Below are positions 1 through 15,154 of a DNA stretch of 64,000 nucleotides, piece after piece (position 1 is the stretch's first letter; the number at the start of each line of letters is the position of its first letter). The notes under the pieces are model-generated. The model was given only the letters and a program-made list of their open reading frames with translations, was not told the origin of the DNA and did no database searches. The stretch covers positions 53,692,001 to 53,756,000 of the forward strand of contig OX597822.1 of the NCBI GenBank assembly GCA_951406725.2. The letters are read 5' to 3'. This DNA comes from Octopus vulgaris (lineage: Eukaryota). Both the position numbers and the translations under genes were made by a program.

Positions 1-157
1 GAAACTTAACTCTTTCAGGCCCAGATTACTGTAATCTGAGCTTGAACAAGCTAAGTTTCAAGTCATATGGACCCGAATCACGCTGTTTTAAATAATAATG
101 TAATTCTTACTACCTGTGTTGAGTGCCTTTCTCTTTCGTTTGTCCACTCACTCGCAA

Positions 158-219
<62 letters not shown>

Positions 220-222
220 TAC

Positions 223-254
<32 letters not shown>

Positions 255-438
255 CATACATACATATATTATATATGTATGTATATATGTACGTGCATAT
301 ATATATATATATGTGTGTGTGTGTATGTTATATGCATTTATGCCTATATATATATTCACACATGCATATACACTTAGATACATTTTCTTACCCTCTTACA
401 CACATACACTCTCGTTCTCTCTCAACAAAGTACATGTG

Positions 439-476
<38 letters not shown>

Positions 477-1772
477 TGTGTGTGTGTCTGTGTGCAGTAG
501 TCTTCGTCCATTCTAATCAATTACACGGAGCAGCTACTGTCGAATCTTGAATCCCAAAGCCGAAAACAACCAATCTTTGTGTATAACTGTAAAGAACTCA
601 AGAAACATTAGCAGAACACAGTAGAGAAATATGTGTGCCAAGTAATCTGCCGATTTGGTATTTTTTCATCACGTCACTGCCCTAACCGAATGATTCGTTT
701 CATTTAATATCTATTTTGACGTCTCAACGCTTCTATAAACGATGAAATACGTCCCGACCTCTTAAAGTGTCGTTCGAACAACTAATATTTCGATTTAAGA
801 GTCATTCCCATAAGCTCCATTCTTTACTAGGCACGAACTCACAAAGAAAAAATAAATAGTAAATAAAGGGAAATGACTTGGGTAAGAATCGAACATGCAA
901 CACAGCCAGACTTATCAGAGGAAATTGATTGCCAATAATCTCCAACATAACCCCATTAATTCTCTATGCTAGCAGAAAAAAGTACAAATCTACACCATTC
1001 AGTTGGTAGACTTGTTAAGATATTGATATAGTAATGAGAAGGCAGCTAAGTAGTCGCTTGATTTACTAGAAATAACAGCAAATTCCATCAACTCACACTC
1101 TGTCGTTTTCAAAAAAACAGAAGGACGCATTGGACAATGTAGTGTTAAATATAAAATGAAGGGATGGTTACGACTGAAATGTTTTTGATCATACGTCTCC
1201 TCAATCAATGCCACTAGCAACGTATGCTTGTGGAAACATTAAATACGACAGAATACCAACCATTTATCATAAACAGTATCATTCTTTGATTTCTATAGAA
1301 TTACTGAACAACAAAATATACCAACTGATACTATGACAGCTTTTTTGGACGGTTTCTTCCCGCTGTACTTTGTTTTATATTACAAATGTACTATATTGTT
1401 ATAGCTATTTCAGTTTATTTTGGCGATATATTATTGGCATCATATACCGGTATATTCTAAGTAGTATGTGATATGAAGTAATCTATTTGTCTACATATTC
1501 CTATTGTACAATAACGTAACATATTTGAATGTACTATAGTTATATGATATCTAATATATTGTACAGTAACTTATGATACTGGAATATGCTACTCTATAGT
1601 ATATGACACTTGAATGCACTATAGAATATGTGATACTTGAATCCGTTACTTTACTCAAGCATATGATAATTGTTTGTACTGTGCGCAATCATTTGATATT
1701 TAGAGCTGTTATACTCTTAGTATTTTGTATGTATTGTATAGCATATATGATATTTCTATGTGCTGTACTGTA

Positions 1773-2131
1773 GAGGCAGTATGGCCGAATGATTAAGGGG
1801 TTCGCTTTGCAATCACAAAATCCACGATTCGATCCCACTGCGTGATACCTATAGCGTGTCTTATATCATTCCCTAGGATCAACCTAAATTTTGTGAATAA
1901 AATTGAGTAGAAGTAAACTGCGTGGAAACTCGTCGAATGGATGGATTTTTCCCTTTTAATTCAAAGGTACGGCCTTGTCACACACTATGCTCAAATTTTT
2001 TCTACCTGAGAAATACATTAAGGATACATGTGTCCATGGAATACTCAATCACTTATACGGTAAGTCACTGAGCAGATAATTCAGTAGCTCCAACAACTGA
2101 ATCTTGTTCGTCGAATCAGATGGAAATCCAT
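1773..2131 (+). mobile_element. Old, diverged tRNA-derived SINE (family-A-like head joined to family-D-like tail)
   Basis: Degenerate box A/B head (GGCCGAATGATTAAGG...TTCGATCCC). The tail GGCCTTGTCACACT... resembles the reverse complement of 59725-59900. Confidence 0.55.
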
Positions 2132-2653
2132 TTTATTCTAGCATATGATGTTTTAAAAATACATATAGGTAACATCTTTTTACAGTGTATGCAATATCTC
2201 ACGCACCTGTATCAGTTTTTGCGACTGCATTGTTGCAAACAGCATTTCACTTCGTTGGACAGGATATCACTACACTACAGCATAATACAATAAACCGTTA
2301 AGGAGAGATATCGTTATTCAAACAACAGTATGTGAATATTATCACAGTGGGCAATAAATCATACACAGCCATAATAAACTTACCGTGTTACGTGTGATAT
2401 TGAAGATGATATACACATATATTGTATATCAATGTATCAGGATAGCTATTACCACCTTAAAGCAATGTGTTACTGCCACAGAACGCACACTGTAGTACCA
2501 CAATACCATACAGTCAAATTCAATTACAAACGTTATCAATGCTACTTTTCTTGTGACGACATTTTACAACTCTCATGCAAAGCGACAAAATAGATGGTAA
2601 TCAGAGGGAAGGTTGTTGAAGACACAGATCAAAGAAAATTATTCTAAAATTTT

Positions 2654-2700
<47 letters not shown>

Positions 2701-2703
2701 CAG

Positions 2704-2742
<39 letters not shown>

Positions 2743-2790
2743 CATATATATAATTATATACATAGATATATATATATATACATAGATATA

Positions 2791-2822
<32 letters not shown>

Positions 2823-2885
2823 CATACATACATATATATATATACATACATATATATATATATATACATAGATATATATATATAG

Positions 2886-2925
<40 letters not shown>

Positions 2926-3334
2926 ATAGATATATATACATACATATATACATACATATATACATAGATATATATATATATATATACGTAGATATATATA
3001 TATACATACATATATATATATATACATAGATAGATATATATGCATATATATATATGCATACATAGATAGATAGATATATGCATATATATATATATATGCA
3101 TATATATATCTACATATATATATATATACATATATACATACATACATATATATTTATATATATATATATATATACATATATATTCACATATATATATATA
3201 TACATACATATATATTCACATATATATATATATATACATACATATATATTTACACATATATATATATATACATACATATATATTTACATATATGTATATA
3301 TACATATATATTTACATATACATACATATATATT

Positions 3335-3374
<40 letters not shown>

Positions 3375-3725
3375 CTCATATGTGTGTGTGTGTCTGTATG
3401 TATCTGGGTTATTCGGGGTGGTGTACAGGTTTTACACCACTCCGGATTTTGATAAAAACTATGTATTTAGCGTTTTCGTCCCTTTTAGGCATTTATAATG
3501 AATGATTTATTATAGAAAATTCCTACATTTTTAAATATATATGTGAGTTAGTTGAAAAAATATCTGAAGTTGAATCTGTTTTCTTGGATTTTGAAAAACA
3601 GTGATTTGAGAGAAGCTATTTGAGATGTCCTTTGTCATTTTGAAAACATATATATATATATATATGAGTGTGTATACATGCGTGTGTGTGTGTGCGTGTT
3701 ATATGTATGTGTGTGTGTATGTGTA

Positions 3726-3798
<73 letters not shown>

Positions 3799-3937
3799 CA
3801 CACACATAGTTACACATACATACAAATACATATAAAAGGTATGAATTTTGTATAAGAATTCAATCACGATGAATCCGTAAAAGGGACAAAACGTTAAATA
3901 AATGTTTTTTATTCAAATCCTGACTACCTCCTTTTTA

Positions 3938-4206
<269 letters not shown>

Positions 4207-4398
4207 GATATGTATGTATATAGATATGTATATATATATGTATGTATGTATGTGTGTGTGTATGTAGTGCATATATATACATATATATCATATATATATA
4301 TATTATACATACATTTGCATACATATATATGTGTGTATAGATATTATACATACATACATACATACATACATACATACATACATACATACATACATACA

Positions 4399-4429
<31 letters not shown>

Positions 4430-5656
4430 TGGCATTCTGGAAGTTGACGGACTTCAGAATTGATAACAGGTCTATTTCATTGTAGTTGTTCTTGTTGTTT
4501 CTGAATACCAAAGGGTAGGTCCGATGGGTGGAACTGTGGACAAGAGGAGATGATTGACTGAATAATCACACAGTTCCACCATAGTTCATAAAGATTTCTT
4601 GTCATAGTATTTAAGACATTGATGCCCATTTTAAAGCCATTATAGAGTTTTGTGTGGCAATGGATTTGACTGTTTTATCGAGCGTATCCAGCGACTTCTG
4701 TATATACAAGCTCCCAGGGTCTTTAAATCAATACTTTTGTGTTGTGCATGACGGAGTTTTTATGCATGCAACTTATTAAACTATTGGACAAATAGTCATA
4801 TCTCACTGGACTGAAATCTAAGTGTCAAGTGCGAAAACAATCATATTAACTCCTATGAAGGCCAATATCCGATTTTAAATTATTGCGAAAATTGCAAGCA
4901 TAAAAATTACTTGACAAAAATAAAATATAGATTTTCTGCGAGTTACCGCCGTACAGGAAAACTATTATGAAAAGAAAAATGACCAACTTTATCTTACCAT
5001 AAAAAATTTTTTTTGTTTTTTTCTGTTTCGTGTAGTATTAGTTTACATTAAGTTTACATTATAAAAATAAATTGTAAAAAGGGAAAAATAAATCGTGAAA
5101 AATAAATCGTGAAAAGGAAAACGACAAAATGAAATTTGATTGTCAGTTACTCACAAATAGAAAATGCATGATGGTATAAATGCTTTATTGTATACAATGA
5201 GGGAAAGATGTATTTAATATAGCATTGCTTTAAATAAAAAAAAATGATAATAATTTGTGAGAATAATAATAAGAGAAAAACAAAATGATCAAAGATTTTT
5301 GATTTAAAGATTGTAGATCGCTTGAGCAACGGCGGATTGTGGTTTGACCCATAAAAAGTTTCTTTTTTCTTTTATACAGAGTGACATCTACTCTTATTTT
5401 AGGATCTTTAATCTGTTTCTTGAGAATAGTTGTCACTTTTATCCCTTGTCAATTTCCCTATTTATCCGTATTATTTGCTTTTTATTCTTTTTATCGACTT
5501 CAGCAAAAATGAAAACCGAAAGCTGACACACTAATGTTGATTTGAACTTAATAGAAAACCGTTTGACAACCACCTCATCTCCTGAGCCACCGTCCCGCCC
5601 AACGGTTCATTCATAATTCAATATTTCCATTCTTTCAAAATTGATTTTTACCACAC

Positions 5657-5657
<1 letters not shown>

Positions 5658-5734
<77 letters not shown>
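5658..5734. repeat. (AAT)n microsatellite
   Basis: Perfect trinucleotide run. Confidence 0.95.
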
Positions 5735-5738
<4 letters not shown>

Positions 5739-6058
5739 TCTGCAACAAGAGGTCGGATTGATAATAGTTGCTCAAGGGATTTAAGTGACACGTGACTCTA
5801 AAACGACCTCTATACCACTTGTGTCCTTGTAGAAGTCACTTCCTTACATATTCACGTTGACATCCACAAATGTTGCTTTTTTAAATAAATTTCATTTTTG
5901 TTCATGTTTTGCCAATTTTTTCTAGTTTCTTTTCATTTTGCTACTTTTATGTTGAACAATTTTCGAAGTATGAGATGTAACATAAAAATAGTTTTGAATT
6001 ACGGTGCTTTATGATATTGCATGCAAAAACAATATTAACACTTTATACTCATATAAAT

Positions 6059-6164
<106 letters not shown>

Positions 6165-6166
6165 TC

Positions 6167-6209
<43 letters not shown>

Positions 6210-6312
6210 TCATATATATATATATAATATATATATACTCATATATATATATAAATATACTCATATATATATATATATAATATATATATATACTCATATA
6301 TATATATAAATA

Positions 6313-6349
<37 letters not shown>

Positions 6350-6526
6350 AATAGATACATGCATACATACATATATTTATATTTATTTATATATACATGT
6401 ATACATATATATGTGTATATAGATATATATGTATATATATATATGTATATATATATATATGTATATATATATGTGTGTGTGTATACATATGTGCATCAGT
6501 GTGTATACATACATTCATATATATAC

Positions 6527-6583
<57 letters not shown>

Positions 6584-6726
6584 CATATATATTTGTGCAT
6601 ATATTTATATATTTATGCATGCCTATATTTGTATGTATATATGTATATATAAGTGTGTGTGTGTATATATATAATGTCTGTATATATCTTATTATATATA
6701 GATGGATACATATGTATTTACATACG

Positions 6727-6777
<51 letters not shown>

Positions 6778-7323
6778 ACTATACAATAAATGCATACTTA
6801 TATATATTATATATAAACACATATATATTTGCACATGCACACATATGTATGCATATATATATATTTATGCATTATGTATGTATGTATTGTACAGTTTGAT
6901 TCTTGATAGGTTCAGAATGCACTCAATATATTTGAGAATTACGAACGTGTGTGAGTGTGTGCGTGTGTGTGTGATAGAGGGAAAGAGAGAGTGATGGAAA
7001 AATAGAGGCAGAGGGAAAAAAAGTATTTATAAATTTCATGGTTTTGATTTGTAATAAGAGTTTCATGTATAAATATATATGTTTGACTTGGATTCTGTCA
7101 ACCCAGCAGCCTCTTATTTTAATCATCAGACTGTCTTACTGCATATCACATATGGCCGAAAGTGTTGGCATAACCATCGGCCATTTTGTGATAATGTTAC
7201 AAGAGAGCTTTTTATTGAAATAGAGATGTGGCCTCGTGCTCGCCCTAAAATAAATTAAATACATTAATTTGTACATGAAACTCGAGTTGCTGTCACATAC
7301 AATTAAGTTACTGTATATAAAAA

Positions 7324-7388
<65 letters not shown>

Positions 7389-7700
7389 TTATATGACTTC
7401 AGTTAAATAATCATTAAATATTCAATAATAATTATATATATATAAACTCACACGTATATGTGTGTGTACATTTATGTATTTTCATTGGTGTTTTAAAACA
7501 TTATTTAATTTGAATTTTATATAAATAAAATCATTTCTACTGTAGATATTCAGTATTGTATATGCTACATTTACTCCATGACAAACCAGTTATACACTAT
7601 ATTATAGACACACACATATATGTATGCATATCTATGTGTGTGTATGTATACGTATGTAGGTATGTATTTGTATATATTATATGCATATATGTATATATCC

Positions 7701-7735
<35 letters not shown>

Positions 7736-8342
7736 AAATATATATATATGACATTTCCATATACATGGGTGCATACATACACTCATTTACACAAGTCTGT
7801 ATACATACTCACTTACATTCATTCGTACATATTACACAACCACAACATTGCACCCAATTCTAAAAATCCAGTGCAATTTTAGATTTTATTGTGAGCTGAA
7901 AATTTCACAAATGATATCACCGCAATTCCCGTTTCTACTCTTCGTCTGAAGATCAGACACGCGAAACTCGGTGCATCGGTTGGTGCGTGCGTGCGTGTGT
8001 GCGTGCACGTGTGTGTATGCGTGTGTGGAAATGTGCGCCTGTTCGTGTGCGCATGTGAGTGTACGTGTTAATATGTGTGCGTGTTAGTGAATATGTATGC
8101 AGATTGTATTACTAAAAGTGAGGAAGAAAAAAGACATATTCGAAAAACTCTAAAGATATATACATATAATATGTATATATATATATATATATACATATAT
8201 ATATAATATATATACATATACATATGTATAATATATATACATATACATATATATACATATATATATAATATATATACATATACATATATATATATATATA
8301 ATATATATACATATACATATATATACATATATATATATATAC

Positions 8343-8388
<46 letters not shown>

Positions 8389-8599
8389 ATATACATATAT
8401 ATATACATATACATATATATACATATACATATATATACATATAAATATATATATACATACATACATATAAATATATATATATATAGATACATATATATAC
8501 ATATTCATACATACATATACATATATATACATATTCATACATACATATACATATATATACATACATATACATATATATATACATATATATATATATACC

Positions 8600-8674
<75 letters not shown>

Positions 8675-8966
8675 TACACATACATATATATATATACATA
8701 TATATATATATACATATATACATTTATATTCTAAAGTATATATGCACGCTTAAATATCAATTCAGCTACGTATTATACGTGTGTGTGTTGCTATTGATTT
8801 CCAGTGTTTATACGCTTACATGTATTCATATGTACATGTATTCATATATCCATATACCTACCTATATCTCTTTGTATCTATTTTTATCAATGTTTCATAT
8901 ATGTTATATATATATATATACATGTATATATGCATATATATATATATATATATACATGTAAATATG

Positions 8967-8998
<32 letters not shown>

Positions 8999-9014
8999 AA
9001 TATGCATATATACA

Positions 9015-9058
<44 letters not shown>

Positions 9059-9074
9059 AATATGCATATATACA

Positions 9075-9119
<45 letters not shown>

Positions 9120-9557
9120 TGTTATATATTATAGTAAATATTATATGACTATATGTCTATACGGAAATTTTCTTTATTCAACAACGTCCAAAGGCAGATA
9201 AGAATATGAATATATAACTCACTCACATATATGTATATGTATATATGCATGCATACATATATAGACACATACATATATAGATAAACAAGCAGACATACAC
9301 AAACACGCTCACAAATTCAAATATGCCACAATACACTCACGTAGACCCTGTATTTCCACTCTTGTCCGCGCACACATATATCTACGCAATCGCACGCGCA
9401 CGCACTCACACGCACATGTGCGCATGTCTGTGTGTGTGTGGGAGAACACGTTACTTGGCATGAATTCTTCATGTGCAAAAACAACGCTCTGAATACGTTA
9501 TTAGTAACATTACACCGCCCTTAAATATTCAGATAATTCTAAATGACGATGATGATG

Positions 9558-9618
<61 letters not shown>

Positions 9619-9927
9619 CAACAACAACAAAAAGAACAAGAACAACAACAACAACAGCAACAATAATGATAATAATAATAATAATAATAATAATTGCAAG
9701 AAGAAGAATACTTTCATAAGTATATACATACCTACCTATATACATTACATACGTATATACATATATATAGACATATACATATGCATTTATACAAATATAC
9801 ATATATATATATACTAATACATTTATATATCCAACTAATTTAATTGTTAGCAATTTATTATTATTGTTATTATTAAGAAAATATTATTATTATTATTTTA
9901 TTTATTATTTTGTTACTATTTTTTTAT

Positions 9928-9959
<32 letters not shown>

Positions 9960-9986
9960 TTCAGGTAATGTTACAATGATCGCATT

Positions 9987-10164
<178 letters not shown>

Positions 10165-10627
10165 TACATGAGACTCCCTGAAGAAACGAATATATTCTAT
10201 TTGATTTTTCTTTTTGTTTTTTATTCTCTTCTGCCCACTTTTATACACAGCTACCAATATTCCTTGGAATATTTTGTTACTCGTACAATCAATCTTTTGA
10301 TTGACGTATGTGATGGTTTTAAATTGAGATTGTAAATGTTTTGTTGAAAATACACAAATTTATGTATTAAATTCAGTTTGGTTCTTGAAAATATATTGTG
10401 ATTTGTTGTTCTTTTTTTCACTCTATTTTCATATTGTTTGTTGTTGTTGTTACTGCTGCTTGTACTGGCACTAGTTCTGATTCTGGTTTTTGGTGGGAGT
10501 CTGCATTCTATTTTAGAATTCGATAAACTCGATCGATTCATGAGCATCGTCTTAAGCAGTCTCTTCACAAAATATACTCAACTGATTGAAGCAGTTTACA
10601 TGCAAAACTTAACAATCTTTAACCCTT

Positions 10628-10705
<78 letters not shown>

Positions 10706-11274
10706 ACTCGTTCACTCACTCGCTCTCGATCTCTCTTTCTATAATTTCTATTTCTAACAATAATCGCAATTAATTTGACTAACTTCCTCATTTGGATCCT
10801 AGAGCGCAAATAATTCTATATAATTTCTCTCTCATTTGATCCTCTCCGAAACACAACGACCCATAACTTCAGCATGAAACACTGAATTAACCAACGCAAG
10901 CCAACGAAATACCAGTCAGTTCCATGTTGGTCAGTTACAATAATTTACTGTACTTGGTTACATCTAGGTGGGCGAATATGAACCAACGGCCTCAAGACTA
11001 GCTTTTCTGTCACCCATAATCATTTGGACATCCATATCTCTCACCTCTGTCTGTTTTCGCTTTTCTCTCTCTCCTCTCTCTTCTTTCTCTATCTCATCGC
11101 TGTTATCATGTGGACACACAAACACTTGAATAGAGGAGAAACCTATCAGGTAAGAAACTCAGATCTCAGGACAATTCATCAATTAGTAGAATTGCGCGGT
11201 CAGCCTTCATCGCCTGTCACACAATATATAAAAGTTATTGATTACTGGGTCAGCAGGACATTACATACATACAT

Positions 11275-11821
11275 ACATGGTGGATGCCCCCTAGTTATCG
11301 AGTATGGCCATTGCGCGAAGCTTAATCAATGTTGTTATCGTGCAATGTTTGTGCAAGAAGATTTTTTTAAATGAGGAAAGGCTGTGCACTGAGTCAATCC
11401 CACTCACTAAGCAACAGCAGCCATAATCCGAAAAGAAGAACAAGTCAACATCATCGGTAACCACTGAGCCGCAGGTTTTATGTCGGAGTTATCCCAGTTA
11501 CCTGAGTTACCTTCTCCTAGAAGGATGCCCTAACAAAGGCTAGGAGTCCTTCACTCCCAATGATTTAACCGCGCGATCGGGTATTCAGTCCGATTATTTC
11601 TATGTCCCCGCGCATGATACAGGCTTAAGACATTTATTGGATGGTCGTTGACTCTCAAGAGTTCCTCCGCCCTTTGACGGATTTTATTTTCATCCCGCAG
11701 GGTGTACAATAAACACTCTCCTCACCAAGCAAGCTTGGTGGGGTTGCCGGTTTAGTCGCCGACGACCCGACCAGGTTGTACTGGGTTACATGTTACCAGT
11801 AGCACTCGAAAGTTACCTGAC
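11275..11821 (-). mobile_element. Non-autonomous RTE-derived retroelement (5' UTR plus 3' end, no ORF) with (TATG)n tail
   Basis: The minus strand carries an RTE 5'-UTR-like motif (GGGCATCCTTCTAGGAGAAGGTAACTC...AAAACC). Its 3' end TTAAGCTTCGCGCAATGGCCATACTCGATA matches the 3' end at 54865-54912. It is flanked by TATG repeats. Confidence 0.65.
11743..11821 (-). ncRNA. Candidate HDV-like self-cleaving ribozyme at the element's 5' end
   Basis: Manual fold: P1 GUCAGGU/ACCUGGU (7 bp, G1-U wobble), P2 CUGGU/ACCGG, P3 UGUA/UACA, L3 ACCCAG, J1/4 CGGG, P4 UCG/CGA, J4/2 CUAA. L3 is non-canonical and there is an AACA insert between P2 and P3. Confidence 0.45.
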
Positions 11822-11849
11822 ATAAACATACATACATATATATATATTC

Positions 11850-12050
11850 ATAGTTAAATCAAATAAACGAATATTAAAAATAACAATAACAAACAAGTGG
11901 ACGTGCACATGGAATGTATTAGTTTGACGCTTGGTAAGAATAGAGACTTTTTAACGTTTCGAGCATAGCACTTCATCGGAAAGGAAAACGGAAAAGTCCG
12001 AAGAAGGAAAAAATCACCGACAGCACCTGTGTAATTACACACTCACCACA
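11850..12050 (-). mobile_element. Short PLE-derived element with degenerate minimal hammerhead (core CCGATGA)
   Basis: Same layout as 19922-20137. Minus strand 11948-11983 reads CCGATGA-A-GTGC-TAT-GCTC-GAAA-CGTT. Confidence 0.6.
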
Positions 12051-12087
12051 CACATACACACACACATGTATATATATATCATCATCA

Positions 12088-14490
12088 TCATTGTTCGACC
12101 GTGGAATTTACCATGTTGCGCCAGACTTCACGGTCCATCATAGCATTACGGAGGTCCTGTTGCTGGATGCCTGTATCCCTGGAGATTACATCAGGGTAGG
12201 AGAGTGTGCGCCCTCTGGTGTTGCGAGTAGATGGCTTCCAGAGGAGAAGAGTAGAAATTACTTCTTTTTCAGCTCTACAACAATGTCCAGCAAACTGGAC
12301 TCTCCTACCTTTCACAAGAGATGACACAGGTGGTAATTTCCCATATATTTGCATTTTAGTTGGATGGCGCCTCCACGAGAGATTTTGAGCTCTCATAAGG
12401 AGGCGAGTGTAGGTTCCATCCAACCGCCTCTCAAGCTTCTTTGATAACGTCCAGGTTTCTGAGCCATATAGTAGGATTGGTTCGACTGTGGCTTTGAATA
12501 TTTCAAGTTTGAAGTCTCTACTTAGATTTGATGACCAGATCTTACGCATGTCATTACAGGCTGACCAGGCCATACCCTTTCTAGTTAGAAAGTCTTTTCC
12601 AGATGATGATATGTATGACCCAAGATATTTATAATCAGAAACCATATTTAAAGGTGCACTGTTGAGAGTGTGGATGATGCAATCACTGTTGGACAGGCAC
12701 TTGTTTATGTATTCAGTTTTGGCCTCATTGAGGTAAAGACCTACACAATTTGAGGCTTGTTCAAGAGATTGTAAAAGAGACTGGGCATTGGAGAGAGAAT
12801 CACTGATAAGAGCGATGTCGTCAGCAAAGTCAGTGTCTGTCAAGTACTCAGCTGGGTGTCTGGAACTTCTTCTTGGTTTTATTTCAAAGCCCTTGCCAGA
12901 GATGGTATCAACTGACATACGTAGCACATAATCAACAACAATGAGGAAAAGAAATGGGGCGAGTGTGTCTCCCTGCAGTATTCCGGCTCCGATCGAGAAA
13001 GATGATGTTTCTCCATCAGGGGTTAAGATGGTTGAAGACGTATCTGTGTAGAGGACCTTGATGGCAGAAATAATTTTGTCTGGTATCCCATAGAGCTTAA
13101 GGATTTCAAACATCTTGTACCTATCTACAGAATCGAACGCTTTAGAAAAGTCTACAAATACCATTGCAAGATCGCGATTAAATGCTTTTGATTCTTCAAT
13201 AAGTCTGCGCAGGCATAGTATCTGGCTCAGCGTTGAGCGCCCATGTCTGAATCCATTTTGGTTCTTTCGGAGCAAAGGTTCAACAAAAAGGACAAGACGA
13301 TTTAGGATCAGTTTGTTGTACAGTTTTGCAGCAATTGACATTAGAGATATGCCCCTGTAGTTGGTGACGAGGGACAAATCGCCTTTTTTGGGTATTGGAA
13401 TGATTTGAGATTGGTGCCAAATCTTTGGAGCGACAAAGGTGGAAAGTGTGTGGTTGCAGAGGTTAAGCAAAAGTGTGTGAAATCTATCATCCTTCCAAAT
13501 CACAGCCGGAATGTTGTCGGGACCAAATGCTTTCGAGGCTTTTAGTTGCTTGGTGGCTGCTGTTAGTTCAAATATGGTAAAAGGGGAGGTGTTGATGTCC
13601 AGCGTGTCTGATATAGGCACACTTGGGAGAGTGGGGTTATCAGGGATTTTGGCATTCTTCCCAAGGAGGTTTTTAAAATGGGTTGACCAATTTTCTAAAC
13701 GCTTCTTAGCCGATCTCCCTTTAATTCTAATTGATGACCCAGAATTTTTGCCTGATAGGTCTTTGATGGATTTCCAGGCGAGATTGTGTTTTTTACTAAT
13801 GTGCTCTTTCGATAGTTTACTAATTTTGCCATTGATAAATTCGACCTCGGCGTTCAAGTAAGCCTCATCAAGATTCTTCCTGGCAGCTATGAGTTGGATC
13901 TTCAGTGACTGGGATGGAGAACGGTGGTAAGCTAGTGATATAGACTTTAGATGGTTTCTGGCTTCGATGACATTTGGGGAATTAGAAGGTTTGCTCTAGC
14001 CCCTACTCTTCCTTTTGGGAAGAGTAGCCAGTGCAACTTCCTCTGTTGATTTGATGAGGCTGCTGTATACTTCCTCAATGTTCTCAGCATCTATTTCAGA
14101 AGTAGACAGAGATTGAAATTTGTTATAGACCTCAATAGTAAATTGTTTGGACATATCGGGGTTAGATAAGACTTCCTCCCAGTCGATCATTTTGATCGGG
14201 TGAGGCTTAGTTTTTTTGGATGAGCGAAGACTAAGCTTAACGGTAGCTGATACAACTCTGTGGTCAGAGCCGACAGAACTAAAGGAAGAGTAGGATCTCG
14301 AGTCCTTAACACTATTGCGCCATTTCTTTCGAAAGATGAGGTAGTCAATTTGTGCCCTATCACCAAGTGGGGACTCAAATGTCCAAAGTTGACCTTTTGG
14401 TTTCATAAAAGAATTGTTGGAGGTGTAGAGATTAAATTCCTCCAAGAAGTCTTTGAGCATTTCTCCGTTCCGATTGCTTTCCAATGTGTG
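12088..14490 (-). pseudogene. RTE-clade LINE ORF (APE C-terminal part plus reverse transcriptase) with one premature stop
   Basis: Motifs NRNG, QIDY, SDH (APE) and NQNGFR, FVDFSKAFDSV, GILQGDTLAPFLF, FADD, YKYLGS, LLYGSETW (RT). ORFs 13996-14508 and 12088-13857 are in frame, separated only by TAG at 13996-13998. The 3' tail is (TGA)n running into (TA)n. Confidence 0.93.
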
Positions 14491-15089
14491 TAGTAGTGGC
14501 GCGCGCACACATTATTAGCCATTTGAAAAGACTATGGAATTTGCAATTAACTGCACCAGGGTTCCTCTTCCCCAGGGAACCAGACCTAATGGTATACCTG
14601 CGGATGTAGGTCCAGCCCCTGCTTTGCCGGGTCCTGTCTCTGATCATGTTGCACCTCCAAGGGCATCCATTGACGGTGATGCCCTCAATCTTAACAGACG
14701 GGTATCACCTGATGGAGAAGAGTCAGCCCCCAACCAAACAACACCAAACAAACACCTCATCAGCTGTAAAAATCATACTATACTCAGCACCCTCAATGCC
14801 CGCACCCTCGGCTCTCTTGGCCGTCTAGAAGAACTTGGTGCAAATGCAGAATCACATGGCATTGATATAATAGCTGTCCAAGAACACCGATTTTACCACC
14901 CTGACAACATCCTCAAATACCATCAAGTCGGTTCTTATCAACTTGTAACCTCCTCAGCATCAAAGAATACTGTTAATTCAACAGTTGGAGGTATCGGATT
15001 TCTACTTTATCAAAGGCTAGTGATACTCTCTTGAGTATAGAGTCAATCTCACCTAGAATTATGGTGCTTGAGATAGATGGAAACCCAAA

Positions 15090-15096
<7 letters not shown>
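14491..15096 (+). mobile_element. Inverted 5' segment of the same RTE LINE (ATG 14534, APE N-terminus)
   Basis: Encodes STLNARTL...DIIAVQEHR...VGGIGFLL. After a frameshift near 15008 it reads SPRIMVLEIDGNPKTT and ends at (TA)n. It lies on the opposite strand to the rest of the ORF. Confidence 0.88.
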
Positions 15097-15132
<36 letters not shown>

Positions 15133-15154
15133 AACACATACGTATATATGTATA

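Noticed and set aside
1460-1770. Degenerate ~25-30 bp tandem pattern (TACTATAG..TATGATACTTGAA)
   Set aside because: Too decayed to define a unit; likely an ordinary old minisatellite.
5149-5620. Possible minus-strand first exon (GC box plus GTGAGT donor)
   Set aside because: Short motifs only, which are expected by chance.
7946-7970. CTGAAGA...GAAA hammerhead-like motif
   Set aside because: Stem II and stem I cannot pair.
9473-9853. Poly-Asn/Leu/Ile ORFs
   Set aside because: (AAT)n/(AAC)n repeat.
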